A stretch of DNA of 64,000 bases from an uncultured delta proteobacterium (GCA_963803435.1 CAWDML010000009.1:256001-320000), one strand, 5' to 3'. Positions 46,871-60,658 are shown, numbered from the stretch's first letter. Made by a program: numbers and translations. Notes: generated from the sequence alone by a model not told the origin.

Positions 46871-49147
46871 TCACGACTCTTCGGCCAAACTCACGAAGCG
46901 TGCTGCCACAGTCTTGAGCCCGGCCTCGCCCGGAAACCGGACCCGCAGGAGGGTCCGCTTGCCCGACCCCTCGCGCTCCAGGATCGTTCCGACGCCGAAC
47001 AGATTGTGGTGGATGCGGGCGCCCGGCCGAAAGCCGTCGGAGGGTGCGGCCGTGTCCGACATGCCCTCCCAGGGTCGGTCGTCCGGGGGCGGCGGCGGCT
47101 CGTCCTCGTACACCAGCTGGTCCCCGCCTCGATCGACGGCCCGGCGAACCGGCGCCGGGGCGACCCGCACCGCCCGGGGCAGGGGCATGTTGCCCACGAT
47201 GCCGTCGGGGAGGTCGGCGAGGAAGCGCGACGCGCGACGGACCTCCTCCGTCCCGTAGACGCGGCGCAGGCGGGCGGCCGTCAGGTGAAGCTCCCGCATC
47301 GCCCGGGTCATGCCCACGTAGCAGAGGCGCCGCTCCTCCTCCATCGCCTCCCGGTCCTCGCTGTCGAGGGCCTTTCGGCTGGGGAACGTCTGATCCTCCA
47401 TCCCCACCATGAAGACGATCGGGAACTCGAGGCCCTTGGCAGAGTGCAGCGTCAACAGCGAGACCGAGCCCTCCTCGCTGGCGCGATCGTCGGCCGAGGT
47501 CAGCGCCGCCTGCTCGAGGAACGCCTCGAGGAGCGTACGGCCCTCATCGGGCGTCGCGCGCTGCTCGAACTCCACGATCGACGACACCAGCTCGCTGACG
47601 TTGGCGAGGCGATCGTCGGCGTTCTGCGGCTCGGTGTCGTACAGGTGCCGCTCGTAGCCGATTCGATCGATGATCACGCCTGCCACCTCGCTCGCCCGGG
47701 CCGAGCGCGCCAGCTCGCGGAAGTCCTCCAGCAGGCGGTCGAGGTCGCGGAGCTTCTCGATCGTCGCCTTGCCCAGTCCCACCTCGAGGAGCTTCTCCGT
47801 GGGCAGCGCCAGCACGAGGGCCCCCTGGGCCTCGTTGGCCTCGGCCGCCTTGCGCAGCTTCTCCAGCGTCTTGGCGCCGATCCCGCGGGCCGGGGTGTTG
47901 GCGGCGCGCTCGAAGTCCTGCGACGAGGCCGGGTTGGCGGTGAGGCGGAGGTACGCGAGCACGTCTTTCACCTCCATCCGCTCGTAGAAGCCCGTTCCTC
48001 CGATCAGCGTGTACGGGACGCGCTCGCGCTTGAACGACTCCTCGAAGAGCCGGGACTGCGCGTTGGCGCGATAGAGGATCGCGAAGTCCTCGGGGAGCGC
48101 GCCGGCTTCGATCCGCTGGCGGATCAGCTCCGCGATCATTCTCGCCTCCTCCTCACCGGTGTTGAAGAGCGCCATCCCGACCGCCTCGCCGGGGCCGGCC
48201 TGGGTGCGCAGGCGCTTTTGGTGGCGCCGCGCGTTCTTCGCGATGACGGCGTTGGCCGCCTCGAGGATGTTGGCCGTGCTCCGATAGTTCTCCTCGAGCT
48301 TCACCACGGTGGCTTGGGGGAACTGCTTCGTGAACTCGAGGATGTTGCTCACCTCGGCCCCGCGCCACCGATAGATCGACTGGTCGTCGTCACCGACCAC
48401 ACCCAGGTTCTGGTGCTCGCTCACCAGCTGCTTGAGCAGCTCGTATTGGATCGCGTTGGTGTCCTGGAACTCGTCGACCAGCACGTAGCGGAAGCGGTCC
48501 GAGTAGCGGCGCCGGACCTCGGGGTGGTGCGCCAGGAGCTCGACGGCCAGGAGCAGCAGATCGCCGAAATCCATGGCGTTCGACTGGGTGAGCGCCCGCT
48601 GGTAGCGCGGATAGGCGGCCCGCGCGATCTTGCGTGCAGGCGTCTCGAACGACACGGCCTGTTCGGCGAGCTGCTTCGGACCGATGCCCTTGTTCTTCGC
48701 GCGATCGATCTCGTTTGCGACCGAGGCCACGCTGATCCCGCGGCTGGTGTCGACCGCCATGTCCTCGAGCACGCGCCGCAGGAGTCGCTTGCTATCGTCG
48801 GCGTCGTAGATGGTGAAGTTGGAGGTGTACCCGAGCCGCTTGCCCTCGATCCGCAGCAGGCGCGCCGAGAGGCTGTGGAAGGTCCCGATCCACGCCTTGG
48901 CCAGCGAGGTTCCGATCAGCTTCTCGAGGCGGCTCTTCATCTCGCCTGCCGCCTTGTTCGTGAACGTGACGGCGAAGATCTGCCAGGGCACCGCCTTCTT
49001 CCTCTCCAGGAGGTACGCGATGCGGTGCACCAGCACGCGGGTCTTGCCGGAGCCGGCGCCGGCGAGGATCAGGAGCGGACCTTCGGTGGTGGTGGCGGCC
49101 CGGTACTGCTCCGGGTTCAGGATCTCCGCGAGATCGGGCAGCGCCAC
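46871..49147 (-). CDS. pcrA: UvrD/PcrA-family SF1 DNA helicase
   Basis: AGAGSGKT, TFTNKAA, DEFQD, GDDDQSIY, NYRS, HSAKGLEF, YVGMTRA. Confidence 0.93.
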   Translation of the reverse strand: MALPDLAEILNPEQYRAATTTEGPLLILAGAGSGKTRVLVHRIAYLLERKKAVPWQIFAVTFTNKAAGEMKSRLEKLIGTSLAKAWIGTFHSLSARLLRIEGKRLGYTSNFTIYDADDSKRLLRRVLEDMAVDTSRGISVASVANEIDRAKNKGIGPKQLAEQAVSFETPARKIARAAYPRYQRALTQSNAMDFGDLLLLAVELLAHHPEVRRRYSDRFRYVLVDEFQDTNAIQYELLKQLVSEHQNLGVVGDDDQSIYRWRGAEVSNILEFTKQFPQATVVKLEENYRSTANILEAANAVIAKNARRHQKRLRTQAGPGEAVGMALFNTGEEEARMIAELIRQRIEAGALPEDFAILYRANAQSRLFEESFKRERVPYTLIGGTGFYERMEVKDVLAYLRLTANPASSQDFERAANTPARGIGAKTLEKLRKAAEANEAQGALVLALPTEKLLEVGLGKATIEKLRDLDRLLEDFRELARSARASEVAGVIIDRIGYERHLYDTEPQNADDRLANVSELVSSIVEFEQRATPDEGRTLLEAFLEQAALTSADDRASEEGSVSLLTLHSAKGLEFPIVFMVGMEDQTFPSRKALDSEDREAMEEERRLCYVGMTRAMRELHLTAARLRRVYGTEEVRRASRFLADLPDGIVGNMPLPRAVRVAPAPVRRAVDRGGDQLVYEDEPPPPPDDRPWEGMSDTAAPSDGFRPGARIHHNLFGVGTILEREGSGKRTLLRVRFPGEAGLKTVAARFVSLAEES

Positions 49148-49151
49148 CGGC

Positions 49152-49652
49152 TCATGCTGCCTCGACGACGGGCAGCGAGGCCAGCGCAGAGACGTAGTCA
49201 GCGGGGAGATCGTGCGCGCGGGCGCCCGCGAGCACGGTGTCGAGGTATCTTCGATCCGGCCAGACCGGCTGCGCCTCCAGCCAGCGCTCGTTGACCTGAT
49301 AGACCCAGGCTTCGACCAGATCGCCGCCCACGTCCACCCGCTCCAGCGTGCGACTGTAGTAGAGCGGCGTGCCCTCCTTCTCGTCGATGACCTCGAGCCC
49401 GGCGGCGTCGGTGACGATGACCGCGCCGTGCACGACCTGGTCCGGCGCGCGGACGACGTTGGCGGCTCCGCACTGCCTGCGCGAGCGGTAGTTCCAGGTC
49501 AGGCGGAAGTTCGCGAGCGCGCCCCTGCGGGCGTCGAGGATGCGCGGCTCGGGAAAGCCGTGCGTGCGGGCCCACTCCGACAGGTGCGGCAGGCACATGT
49601 TGGAGCCGTACGCGAATACGCGGATCGGGGTGGGGACGTTAGAACGAGACAC
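49152..49652 (-). CDS. Gamma-glutamylcyclotransferase-family protein
   Basis: VFAYGSNM, IDEKEG. Confidence 0.85.
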   Translation of the reverse strand: MSRSNVPTPIRVFAYGSNMCLPHLSEWARTHGFPEPRILDARRGALANFRLTWNYRSRRQCGAANVVRAPDQVVHGAVIVTDAAGLEVIDEKEGTPLYYSRTLERVDVGGDLVEAWVYQVNERWLEAQPVWPDRRYLDTVLAGARAHDLPADYVSALASLPVVEAA

Positions 49653-51861
49653 CCTCGGCCTCTGTCAGCGACATCTTGGACACCGTGGTGTCGAGCTTCG
49701 GCAGCGCCTGCCCCGAGAGTCGCAGATAGATGAGGTAGGTCTCCATCACCCGGCGCACGTAGCGGCGCGTCTCCCGATACGGAATGCGCTCCACGAACTC
49801 GTCCATCGGCATGCCCTCGTAGGACTTGACCCATTCGTCCATCGCCCCGGGCCCGGCGTTGTAGGCCCCGGCGGCGAGCTCGATCCGGTTTCCATAGCGG
49901 GCCATCAGCGTCCCCAGGTACCACGCCCCCAACCAGACGTTGGAGCGCGGATCGCGGAAGCGGGCCGAGTGGCTCCGGCCGCCCTTCACCCGCTTGCCGA
50001 TCCGATCGGCCGTGGCCGGCATGAGCTGCATCAGACCGCGCGCGCCCACCGGGCTGGTCACGTTCGGGCGGAAGTGGCTCTCGGTGCGCATGATCGACAG
50101 GATCAGGGCGTCGTCCACCTGGTGCGCCTTGCTGGCGTACGCGACCTCGTCGGGGAACGCGCGCGGATAGGCGTGGCGCCAGGCGCGCCAGGCCCACGGC
50201 TCCCCCGTCACCAGCTCGGCCCCGTCCTGCGCGATGAGGAGCGCCACCCGGAACGCCAGGTTGTGGGCCCCGAGCCGGTCGAGGAGATCGGCCACCATCG
50301 TCCGGCCCTTGGTGTCGCGACCGCGGCGGAGGTAGCTCGCGCACGCGGTCAGCTCGTCGAGGGCGTCGTTCTGGAGGCCGGCGGCGTGCAGCGCCACCGC
50401 GCGATCGATCAGCACCGGACGGGACACGCCCAGCATCTCGACCAGCTTCGCGAGGGACGGTGGCGTCGGCTCCGGAGGCGGCGCGGTCAGCACGGTCTCC
50501 TCGCCGAGCTCGCGGAGGCGCTCCATCGACCAGAAGCCGTAGTACGACAGCGGCGCGACCTTCAGGACCTCGCGGTACTCCTCCCGCGCCTTGTCCGTGT
50601 CGCCGGCTCGGTTCTGGATCCGGCCCAGCCAGTAGTGCGCGGTCGGCGCCAGCGTCGACTGCGGGTGGTCCTCGAGGATCTGCTGGAAGCTGCGTCGCGC
50701 CAGCCCGTCCCGCTTGTCTAGGTAGGCGGCCCAGCCCGCGAACCAGAGGGCCTCGGTGCGACGCTCCGCCCGCGGATGCTCCTCGGCGAACTCGAGCATG
50801 CGGCGGGTCGACTCCTCGAAGTTGCCGGCGTTGTACGGGATCCATCCGGCCAGATATTGGCCCTCGATCGCGTCCCGGTCGGCCGGGTACTTGGCGCGCA
50901 GGCGATCGAAGTAGTCGATCGCCGCCTTGTCGTCGTCCTTGGCCATCGCGATCCGGCCGAGGCGCGCCAGCACCTTCGTCTCGGTGCCGCCTGAGAGCGT
51001 GTTCTTCGCGAGCAGGTGCTCCAGGACCTCCTGCTCCGCGGACTTCTGGTGGCGCCGCCGACAGAGCTCGGCGCGCTCGAGCTCCACCTCGGTGCCCATC
51101 GCCGGGACCTTCTTCGCCAGCGCGTCCAGCGCGCGCTCGCCCTCCGAGAAGGCGCCTGCGGAGACCAGGTTCTTGATGCGGACCAGCTCGAGGCTGCTGC
51201 TCGTCACCGGCGTCTTGATGCCCTTCCGCTTGAGGCGCTCGAGCAGCTGCTGCGCCTTCTTGGCGGCCGCTCCGCTCGGGTGATCGAGGAGGATCCGCCA
51301 GCAGACGTTGGCCGCCTCCTCCTCGCGACTGAGCGCGACCAGGACCTCCGCCCTTCGATACTGAAGGTCGGAGCGGCGCGGGATCCACTTCTCGGCCAAC
51401 AGCGCGTCCAGATACAGGAGCTGCTGATCGCGCTCGCCGAGCTGGCCGAGGACGTCGACCAGCCCACGGGCTGCGCCGACCGCCACCGATCGGATCTGCG
51501 CGACCGAGAGCGCGTGGAGGTACTGCTCCTTCGCCTGATCCTTGTTACCGAGGGCCAGCAGGGCGTCGCCCTTGAGGAGCGACTCGCGATCGTCGATGAG
51601 CTGAGCCTGCGATCCGCGGAGCGCCGCCAGCGCCTGCGCGGGCTTGCCGCGGGCGAGCAGCCGGCGGGCCTGGGCGTAGCGGCGTGCAGAGGTCGGGAGC
51701 AGCGCCACCGTCCCGGCCGGGGTGGGGGAGACGTCGAGGACCTTGGTCGGATCGACCGGATCCGTCTTCGCCGGCTCTTCGACGCGGGCCGGCCGTCCCT
51801 CTGCGCGACCGGTGGCCGTGCCCGCGAAGACGAGCGCAAGACAGAGTGCAGGCCAACGCAT
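49639..51861 (-). CDS. Soluble lytic transglycosylase with TPR-like superhelix
   Basis: MRTESHF, GARGLMQLMP, AYNAG, IPYRETRRYV. Confidence 0.92.
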   Translation of the reverse strand: MRWPALCLALVFAGTATGRAEGRPARVEEPAKTDPVDPTKVLDVSPTPAGTVALLPTSARRYAQARRLLARGKPAQALAALRGSQAQLIDDRESLLKGDALLALGNKDQAKEQYLHALSVAQIRSVAVGAARGLVDVLGQLGERDQQLLYLDALLAEKWIPRRSDLQYRRAEVLVALSREEEAANVCWRILLDHPSGAAAKKAQQLLERLKRKGIKTPVTSSSLELVRIKNLVSAGAFSEGERALDALAKKVPAMGTEVELERAELCRRRHQKSAEQEVLEHLLAKNTLSGGTETKVLARLGRIAMAKDDDKAAIDYFDRLRAKYPADRDAIEGQYLAGWIPYNAGNFEESTRRMLEFAEEHPRAERRTEALWFAGWAAYLDKRDGLARRSFQQILEDHPQSTLAPTAHYWLGRIQNRAGDTDKAREEYREVLKVAPLSYYGFWSMERLRELGEETVLTAPPPEPTPPSLAKLVEMLGVSRPVLIDRAVALHAAGLQNDALDELTACASYLRRGRDTKGRTMVADLLDRLGAHNLAFRVALLIAQDGAELVTGEPWAWRAWRHAYPRAFPDEVAYASKAHQVDDALILSIMRTESHFRPNVTSPVGARGLMQLMPATADRIGKRVKGGRSHSARFRDPRSNVWLGAWYLGTLMARYGNRIELAAGAYNAGPGAMDEWVKSYEGMPMDEFVERIPYRETRRYVRRVMETYLIYLRLSGQALPKLDTTVSKMSLTEAEGVSF

Positions 51862-51866
51862 GTTCT

Positions 51867-52538
51867 CTAAATGTTGATGATGCCCTGCCGTATGCCCTCG
51901 GTGACGGCTTCGACGCGGTTTGTGACATCGAGCTTCTCGTAGATGTGCTCGAGGTGCGTGCGGATCGTCGCCTTGGAGAGCCCCAGGACCTTGGCCGCTT
52001 CGTTGTTCGACAGCCCTTTGGCGATGATCTGGAGGATCTCCAGCTCGCGATCGGTCAGGACGCTGGCAGGGCCGCCGTCCATACCTTCCCGGCTGGGCTT
52101 CTCGTCTCCGGCCGGCCGGGTTCCGATGGCTCGGAGCAGCGCGCGCGCCAGGTTGGGCTGGATCACAGCGCCGCCGGCTTTGACGTCCTTGATGGCCTCG
52201 ACGATCTTCTCCACGGGCGTGCCCTTGAGCAGGTAACCGGCCGCCCCGGCCATGATCGCCTCGATGACCTTCTCCTCCTCGTCGAAGATGGTGAAGATCA
52301 GGATCTCGATCTCGGGATGGGTCGCCTTGATCTTGCGCGTCACGTCGATGCCGCTCATCTGCGGCAAGCCGAGATCGAGGAGGAGGACCTCGGGCTTCAC
52401 CTCTTCGACCTTCTCCAGCGCGCTCTCGCCCGAGAGCGCTTCACCCACGATCTCCAAGTCGTCGAAGGTCTCGAGCAGCTTGATTTGAGCTTTGAGGATC
52501 TTCGGCTGATCCTCTACGACTAGTACGCGAATTCCCAT
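51867..52538 (-). CDS. NarL/LuxR-family response regulator
   Basis: VLVVED, LLDLGLP, GYLLK, LTDRELEIL..GLSNNE. Confidence 0.93.
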   Translation of the reverse strand: MGIRVLVVEDQPKILKAQIKLLETFDDLEIVGEALSGESALEKVEEVKPEVLLLDLGLPQMSGIDVTRKIKATHPEIEILIFTIFDEEEKVIEAIMAGAAGYLLKGTPVEKIVEAIKDVKAGGAVIQPNLARALLRAIGTRPAGDEKPSREGMDGGPASVLTDRELEILQIIAKGLSNNEAAKVLGLSKATIRTHLEHIYEKLDVTNRVEAVTEGIRQGIINI

Positions 52539-52542
52539 TGGC

Positions 52543-53463
52543 GTGCGCCGAGTGTATCCCGCTACCACACCTGGTCACAACCTCGTGGCTTCCTCCGGCT
52601 CCAAGCGGTCCGACGCGGCCCTTCGGCAGACCCTCGATCACTTCCTCGCCACGACCGATCGCGCGGCGCTGGTCGCGCACGATCCGGTCGAGGCCGTCCA
52701 CCGATTCCGGGATCCCCACGATCAAGAGGTCGCGGGCCTCCTCGTGGCGATGCTCGCCTATGGGCGGGCACAGACCATCAAGGCCACGACCGAGCGCGCG
52801 CTCGAGGCGCTGGGCGGATCGCCCGCCCGCGCCGTGGATCGGGGAAAGGTCGGCAAGCTCGACGGCTTCGTGTACCGGTTTCAAAAGGGCGACGACCTGG
52901 TCCGCTTCCTCCGGGGCGTGGGGCGGATCCGCCGCGCGTACGGATCGCTGGCGCGCGCCTTCGGATCGGTGATCTTGGAGGACGACGCCCACTACGGGCC
53001 GGCGATGTCGCGCTTCGTCGCGCTGATCGCGGCGGCCATCCCGGACGAGATGAGCTACGGCCTCCGCTTCCTGCTGCCGGACGCGGGCGCCGGGGGCGCC
53101 GCCAAGCGGCTCTGCCTCTACCTCCGCTGGATGGTGCGCGACGAGGGCGGCGTCGACCTCGGCGCCTGGAAGACGCTGGCGCCGGGGCTCGACCCGAAGA
53201 AGCTGATCATCCCGCTCGACACCCACATCGCGCGGCTCGGCCGGTACCTCGGGCTCACGGAGCGCGCGACGCCCGGCCTCGAGATGGCGATCGAGATTAC
53301 CCAGTCGCTCGCGCGGCTACGCCCGGCCGATCCGCTGGCCTACGACATGGCGCTGTGTCACCTCGGGATCTCGGAGCGCTGTCCGAAGCACCGGGATCCG
53401 GAGATCTGCGCAGGCTGTCCCATCAACGCGGTCTGTCGACTGGGGCCGCCCGTCCCGAGGTAA
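52543..53463 (+). CDS. TIGR02757/DUF2400-family protein (HhH-GPD-like) with C-terminal Cys cluster
   Basis: LAYG, AKRLCLYLRWMVR, DLGAW, IPLDTH, DPLAYDMAL. Confidence 0.85.
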   Translation: MRRVYPATTPGHNLVASSGSKRSDAALRQTLDHFLATTDRAALVAHDPVEAVHRFRDPHDQEVAGLLVAMLAYGRAQTIKATTERALEALGGSPARAVDRGKVGKLDGFVYRFQKGDDLVRFLRGVGRIRRAYGSLARAFGSVILEDDAHYGPAMSRFVALIAAAIPDEMSYGLRFLLPDAGAGGAAKRLCLYLRWMVRDEGGVDLGAWKTLAPGLDPKKLIIPLDTHIARLGRYLGLTERATPGLEMAIEITQSLARLRPADPLAYDMALCHLGISERCPKHRDPEICAGCPINAVCRLGPPVPR

Positions 53464-53473
53464 GCTCGGGGAG

Positions 53474-54346
53474 GTGCGGGCCGTCTCCTCCTTGCTGCTC
53501 CTGGCCGCCTGCGGTCCGGGCGTCGGTCGGCCCGCGATGATCTTCGACGCGGGCGAGCGCGCCGAGGCGGGACCGATCGACGCCGACGTCTTCCCCGACG
53601 CGAACGTGGTGCGCGACGCCGGCCGCGGCGACGTGGGTCTGTTCGTCCCTGACAGCGGCGACACCACCCGCTTCCCCTTCACCGGCGTGTTCGGGATCCT
53701 CAACGCCAGCGAGTCGCTGTTCGCCCGGGAGGTCGGCGACCGTCTCATGCTGATCGCGGGGCGGCCTCCCTACATCTACACGGGCACGATCGACGAGGAT
53801 GGGAACGTCGACACCACCTCCGGCCAGCTGACGCGGAGCGGCTGTGCGATCGCACGGATCACCGGGACGTACGACCGCGTCGCGGCGACGTACCAGCTGC
53901 TGCACGAGACCTGCTCGTCGGTGGATGGAACGCCGCTCTCGTCGACGATCCGCGGCGGCTTCTCGCAGGACTACGCAGGCGCGAGCGGCGTCTACGACCT
54001 CACCGCCACCTTGATCATCGATCTCAACGGGTGCGCCGACAACAACCAGCCGCAGCCGGTCCGGTTTGGGGTCGATCTCCTGAGCGACGGATCCGTCGTG
54101 GTCTTCGCCGGGATCGACGTCGTGTCGGAGCCCGGCGTCTACGTCGGCCGCCTCACCGGGAGCGGCTTCTCGGCGATCCAGGACCTCGACGTGGGCGGGT
54201 CCCAGCAGTTCGCGATGTCGGGGACGTTCATGCAGGCGAACGCGAACCAGCCGGTGATGCTCAGCGGAGAGCGGGACGTCTACAGCCCGGAGGGTGGCTG
54301 CACCTATCGGATCATGTTCGACGGTGCGCGCGCCGAGTCGCCGTAG
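53474..54346 (+). CDS. Hypothetical lipoprotein
   Basis: Lipobox LAAC, DAG-rich linker, beta-rich body. Confidence 0.72.
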   Translation: MRAVSSLLLLAACGPGVGRPAMIFDAGERAEAGPIDADVFPDANVVRDAGRGDVGLFVPDSGDTTRFPFTGVFGILNASESLFAREVGDRLMLIAGRPPYIYTGTIDEDGNVDTTSGQLTRSGCAIARITGTYDRVAATYQLLHETCSSVDGTPLSSTIRGGFSQDYAGASGVYDLTATLIIDLNGCADNNQPQPVRFGVDLLSDGSVVVFAGIDVVSEPGVYVGRLTGSGFSAIQDLDVGGSQQFAMSGTFMQANANQPVMLSGERDVYSPEGGCTYRIMFDGARAESP

Positions 54347-54348
54347 GG

Positions 54349-55695
<1,347 letters not shown>

Positions 55696-55699
<4 letters not shown>

Positions 55700-56995
55700 G
55701 GGTCGTCGGCGAAGTCGATCGCGAGCGTGACCGCGGCGAAGCGGCCGTCGACCAGCGGCGGGAGTCGGAGCCGATCGATCGCGGGCTCGAGGCAGCGCTC
55801 GAGCGCCTCGTTCTCCGGCTGCACTCGACCCTTCGCGGTACCGTCCTTCGCGATCACCAGGTGCAGGCGGCTCGCCGTCGCGAGCGGCGTGAGGGCGTGG
55901 CACTCGCGGATCGCCGGCTCGAGGGTGCGTGCGACCGCCCGACCGGCCTCTGCGTCGAGCGGCCCCACAATCTCGGGCGTGCCCACCCGGAGGGGACGGG
56001 GTGAGCCGGAGGAGACCAGCGCGAAGAGGGCCGCCGCGAGCGAGAGCGCGGCCATCGCGAGCGGAACGATCCGGCGCCGCCGCGGTCGTCCCTCCTCGAG
56101 CGCGCGGAGGAAGGCGAGGGCGCTCTCCGGTCGATCCTCGGGGCGCTTCTCGAGACAGCGGGCGATCGCGCGCTCCCAGGCGGTGCCTGCCAGCGCGGGC
56201 GCGGCCTCGCCCAGGCGCGGCGCCGGGACCTCGAGGTGCGCGTGCATGAAGCCCTGCAGGGTGGGCGCCTCGAAGGGCAGCTTGCCGGCCAGCATCTCGA
56301 ACGTCATCGCGCCGAGCGCGTAGAGGTCGGCCGCGACTCCGGTGCCGCGCGGAATCCTCGGACCACATCTCCGGCGCCATGTAGGGCGGCGTCCCGAAGA
56401 TCGATCCGGGCTGAGTGAGTCGCCGCTGCTCTTCGGTCAAGACGCGCGCCAGGCCGAAGTCGAGCACGGTCACCTTCCCGGCCTCGTCGACGATCGCGTT
56501 CGACGGCTTGAGGTCGCGGTGGACGAGACCGCGCGCGTGGGCCTCCCCGAGCGAGGCGATGATCTGCGAGAGGATCGCCCGCACCCTCTCGGGCGGGAGC
56601 GCGCCCTCGGCCTCGATCAGATCCTCGAGCGAGGTCCCTTCGATCAGCGCCATCGCGAGATAGAGATCGCCGTCCTCCGCCTCGCCGAAGTCGAAGACGG
56701 TGACGGTGTGCGGCGACTTCAGGTTGGCGGTGATCTCGGCCTCCCGCCGGAAGCGCGCGGTGAACTCGGGATCCTCGGCGCCTTCGAGGATCTTGAGCGC
56801 CACCGCGCGGCGGGTGCCGAGCTGGAACGCCCGGTAGACCGTGCTGGTGCCGCCTCTACCCAGCTCCTGGAGCAGGAGATAGCGCCCGGCCACGACGCGG
56901 CCCAGGCGGGGATCCGGAAGCTCGATCGTCGCCGTCCCGTCGCGTTCGCAGCGCTCGCCGTCGGACCGCGCCAGGCATTCGGGGCAGATGCGCAC
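55696..56995 (-). CDS. Ser/Thr protein kinase with TM and exported C-terminal domain (frameshift near 56354)
   Basis: GRGGTS, ALK, HRDLKPSN, DFG, GTPPYMAPE; repaired ADLYALG. Confidence 0.88.
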
Positions 56996-57071
56996 GCGAG
57001 GAGATTGATCGCGCCGGGGCTCGTTTTTGTGAAGGCCTGCGCCCGCCGATCTGCTACCTCCATCGGGGCGG

Positions 57072-58120
57072 ATGCTCCTCCTCACCGCCGCGCTGATCAT
57101 TGCGCTCTTGATCCTCGCCAACGCGTTCTACGTCGCGGCCGAGTTCGCCGCGATCAGCATCCGCAGCACCCGGATCCAGCAGCTCGCCGAGGACGGCCAT
57201 TGGCTCGCGCGCAAGCTGCTCCCGCTGGTGGAGGACCCCGAGGCCCTCGATCGCTACATCGCGGCCTCCCAGATCGGCATCACCCTGGCCAGCCTGATCC
57301 TGGGCGCATACGGCCAGGAGCAGCTGGGACCGATCCTGGCGCCGCTGTTCGAGCGTCTGGGCGGCCTGCAGGCGGCCGCCGCCGAGTCGACCGCCGCGGC
57401 CCTCATCCTGATCGGACTGACCGTGGCGCAGATGATCCTCGGCGAGCTGGTCCCGAAGTCGCTGGCGATGCAGTTCCCCAACCAGGCTGCGTTCTTCACG
57501 GCGCTCCCCATGGCGTGGTCGCTGCGGGTGTTTCGCCCGTTCATCTGGCTCCTCAACGGCAGCGGCATGCTCATCCTCGAGCTGCTCGGAGTCGCCCACA
57601 CGCATCGACACGTGCACTCGCCGGAGGAGATCCGCATGCTGATCGCAGAGAGCACGGCGGGCGGCCTGCTGGAGCCGGAGGAGCGCCGCCAGCTCAACCG
57701 AGCCCTCGAGCTGAGCGCGCGGCGTGCCCGCGACGTGATGGTGCCCGCCGAACGGATCGTCTCGGTCGACGTCGACGCGCCGGTCGAGGAGCTCTTCCGG
57801 CTGACGACCGAGAGCCCGTACACGCGCCTGCCGGTGCGGAGCGGCTCGGTCGAGAAGATCGTCGGCGTGGTCCACACCAAGGACGTGACGCTGCGCCTCA
57901 TGGCCGGTCGCGGGCCGACTTCGGTGCGCGACGTGATGCGACCGGTCTTCGCGGTCGCCGACGACGTACGCGCCGATCGCCTGCTGATCACGCTCCGCGA
58001 GCATCACCTCCAGCAGGCGGTGGTGGTCCGGCAGGGACAGGTCCTCGGGCTGGTGAGCCTGGAGGACGTGATGGCGCAGGTGTTCGGACGGCTCTCCGAC
58101 GAGCTCAAGGGGGCACCGCG

Positions 58121-58124
<4 letters not shown>
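57072..58124 (+). CDS. Hemolysin-family CNNM/CBS protein, no CorC_HlyC tail
   Basis: NAFYVAAEFA, QIGIT, GELVPK, YTRLPV, SLEDV. Confidence 0.9.
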
Positions 58125-59414
<1,290 letters not shown>

Positions 59415-59431
<17 letters not shown>

Positions 59432-60398
59432 TCAGGACGGCCTTGCCCGTGACCTTGCGGTCGAGCAGATCGCGGAGGGCCCGGCCCGCCTGCTCGAGCG
59501 GATAGCGTGCGCTCACCAGCGGCTTCAGCTTTCCGTCTCGGATCCAGATCATCAGCTCGCCCTGCCTCTCCATGGCCTGGACCGGCTGGCGCATCAGCCA
59601 GGACCCGAAGAACACGCCCACGATCGCGCAGCCCTTGAGCAGCGTCAGGTTGCTGGGGATCTTCGGGATCTCGCCGGCGGTGAAGCCGACCACCAGCAGG
59701 CGGCCGTTCCAGGCGGTCGCCCGCAGCGCCGCCTCCGTGAACGATCCGCCCACCGGATCGTAGACGACGTCGGCGCCGTCGCCGCCGGTCACCTCCTTCA
59801 CCCGCGACTTCAGGTCCTCGCGCGAATAGTCGATCACGGCGTCCGCGCCGTACCTGCGGCAGACCTCCAGCTTGGCCGGGCTCGAGGCCGCCGCGATCAC
59901 CCGCGCGCCCAGCAGCTTCCCCATCTCTACCGCGGCCAGGCCCACGCCGCCGGCGGCGCCCAGCACCAGCAGCGTCTCCCCGGCTCGAAGCTGCGCTCGA
60001 TCGACGAGCGCGTAACGCGTGGTCCCGTACGTCATCAGCGTGGCGGCCGCGCGCTCGAAGTCGAGGCCGTCGGGCATCACCATCACCTGCGCCTCCGAGG
60101 CCACCAGCTCCTCGGCGAAGCCGCCGAAGGGTGCCAGCGCCACCACCCGATCGCCCGGCTTCACGGTGCGCACGTCGGCTCCGACCGAGGTCACGATGCC
60201 CGCGACCTCGGCGCCGGGCGTGAACGGCGGCTCGGGCTTGAACTGGTAGCGGCCCTCGATGATCAGCGTATCGGGGAAGTTGACGCCAGCCGCGCGGACG
60301 CCAATCACGACCTCGCCGTCCGCGGCGACGCGGGCGGGCCTATCCTCCACGACCAGCTCTTCCGGTGGACCGTACTCCCGGCAGACGACGGCTCTCAT
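59415..60398 (-). CDS. NADPH:quinone oxidoreductase family (MDR)
   Basis: AAGVNFPD, GAAGGVG, YDPVGG. Confidence 0.92.
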
Positions 60399-60460
60399 GC
60401 GGGCGTCATCCCGTCATCGCCCGGCGGAGTCAACGCGCCGGGTCGGTGCCGCGGCGCGCC

Positions 60461-60637
60461 TCACTCTGCGCCGCGCGCGGAAGATCCTCCGTGTCGATGT
60501 CGTCCGTGTCGATGTCGGCCGTCTGTTCGAATCGTCCCCCAGCGCTCCTCCATCAGGATGGCCGTACCCAGGAGGATGTGATCTCCCAGGACGGTCTCCT
60601 CACCTTCGAGCGCCGGGACCTTCCTCTGTCCTGCCAT
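60461..60637 (-). CDS. Possible small hypothetical protein (58 aa as read)
   Basis: GGAGGAGG RBS before ATG 60637; MAGQRKVPALEGEETVLGDH...; below the ORF-track cutoff. Confidence 0.35.
   Translation of the reverse strand: MAGQRKVPALEGEETVLGDHILLGTAILMEERWGTIRTDGRHRHGRHRHGGSSARGAE
60489..60518. repeat. 15-bp tandem repeat, 2 copies
   Basis: ccgtgtcgatgtcgt / ccgtgtcgatgtcgg. Confidence 0.6.
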
Positions 60638-60658
60638 GCGTGGGCCCTCCTCCCGAGC

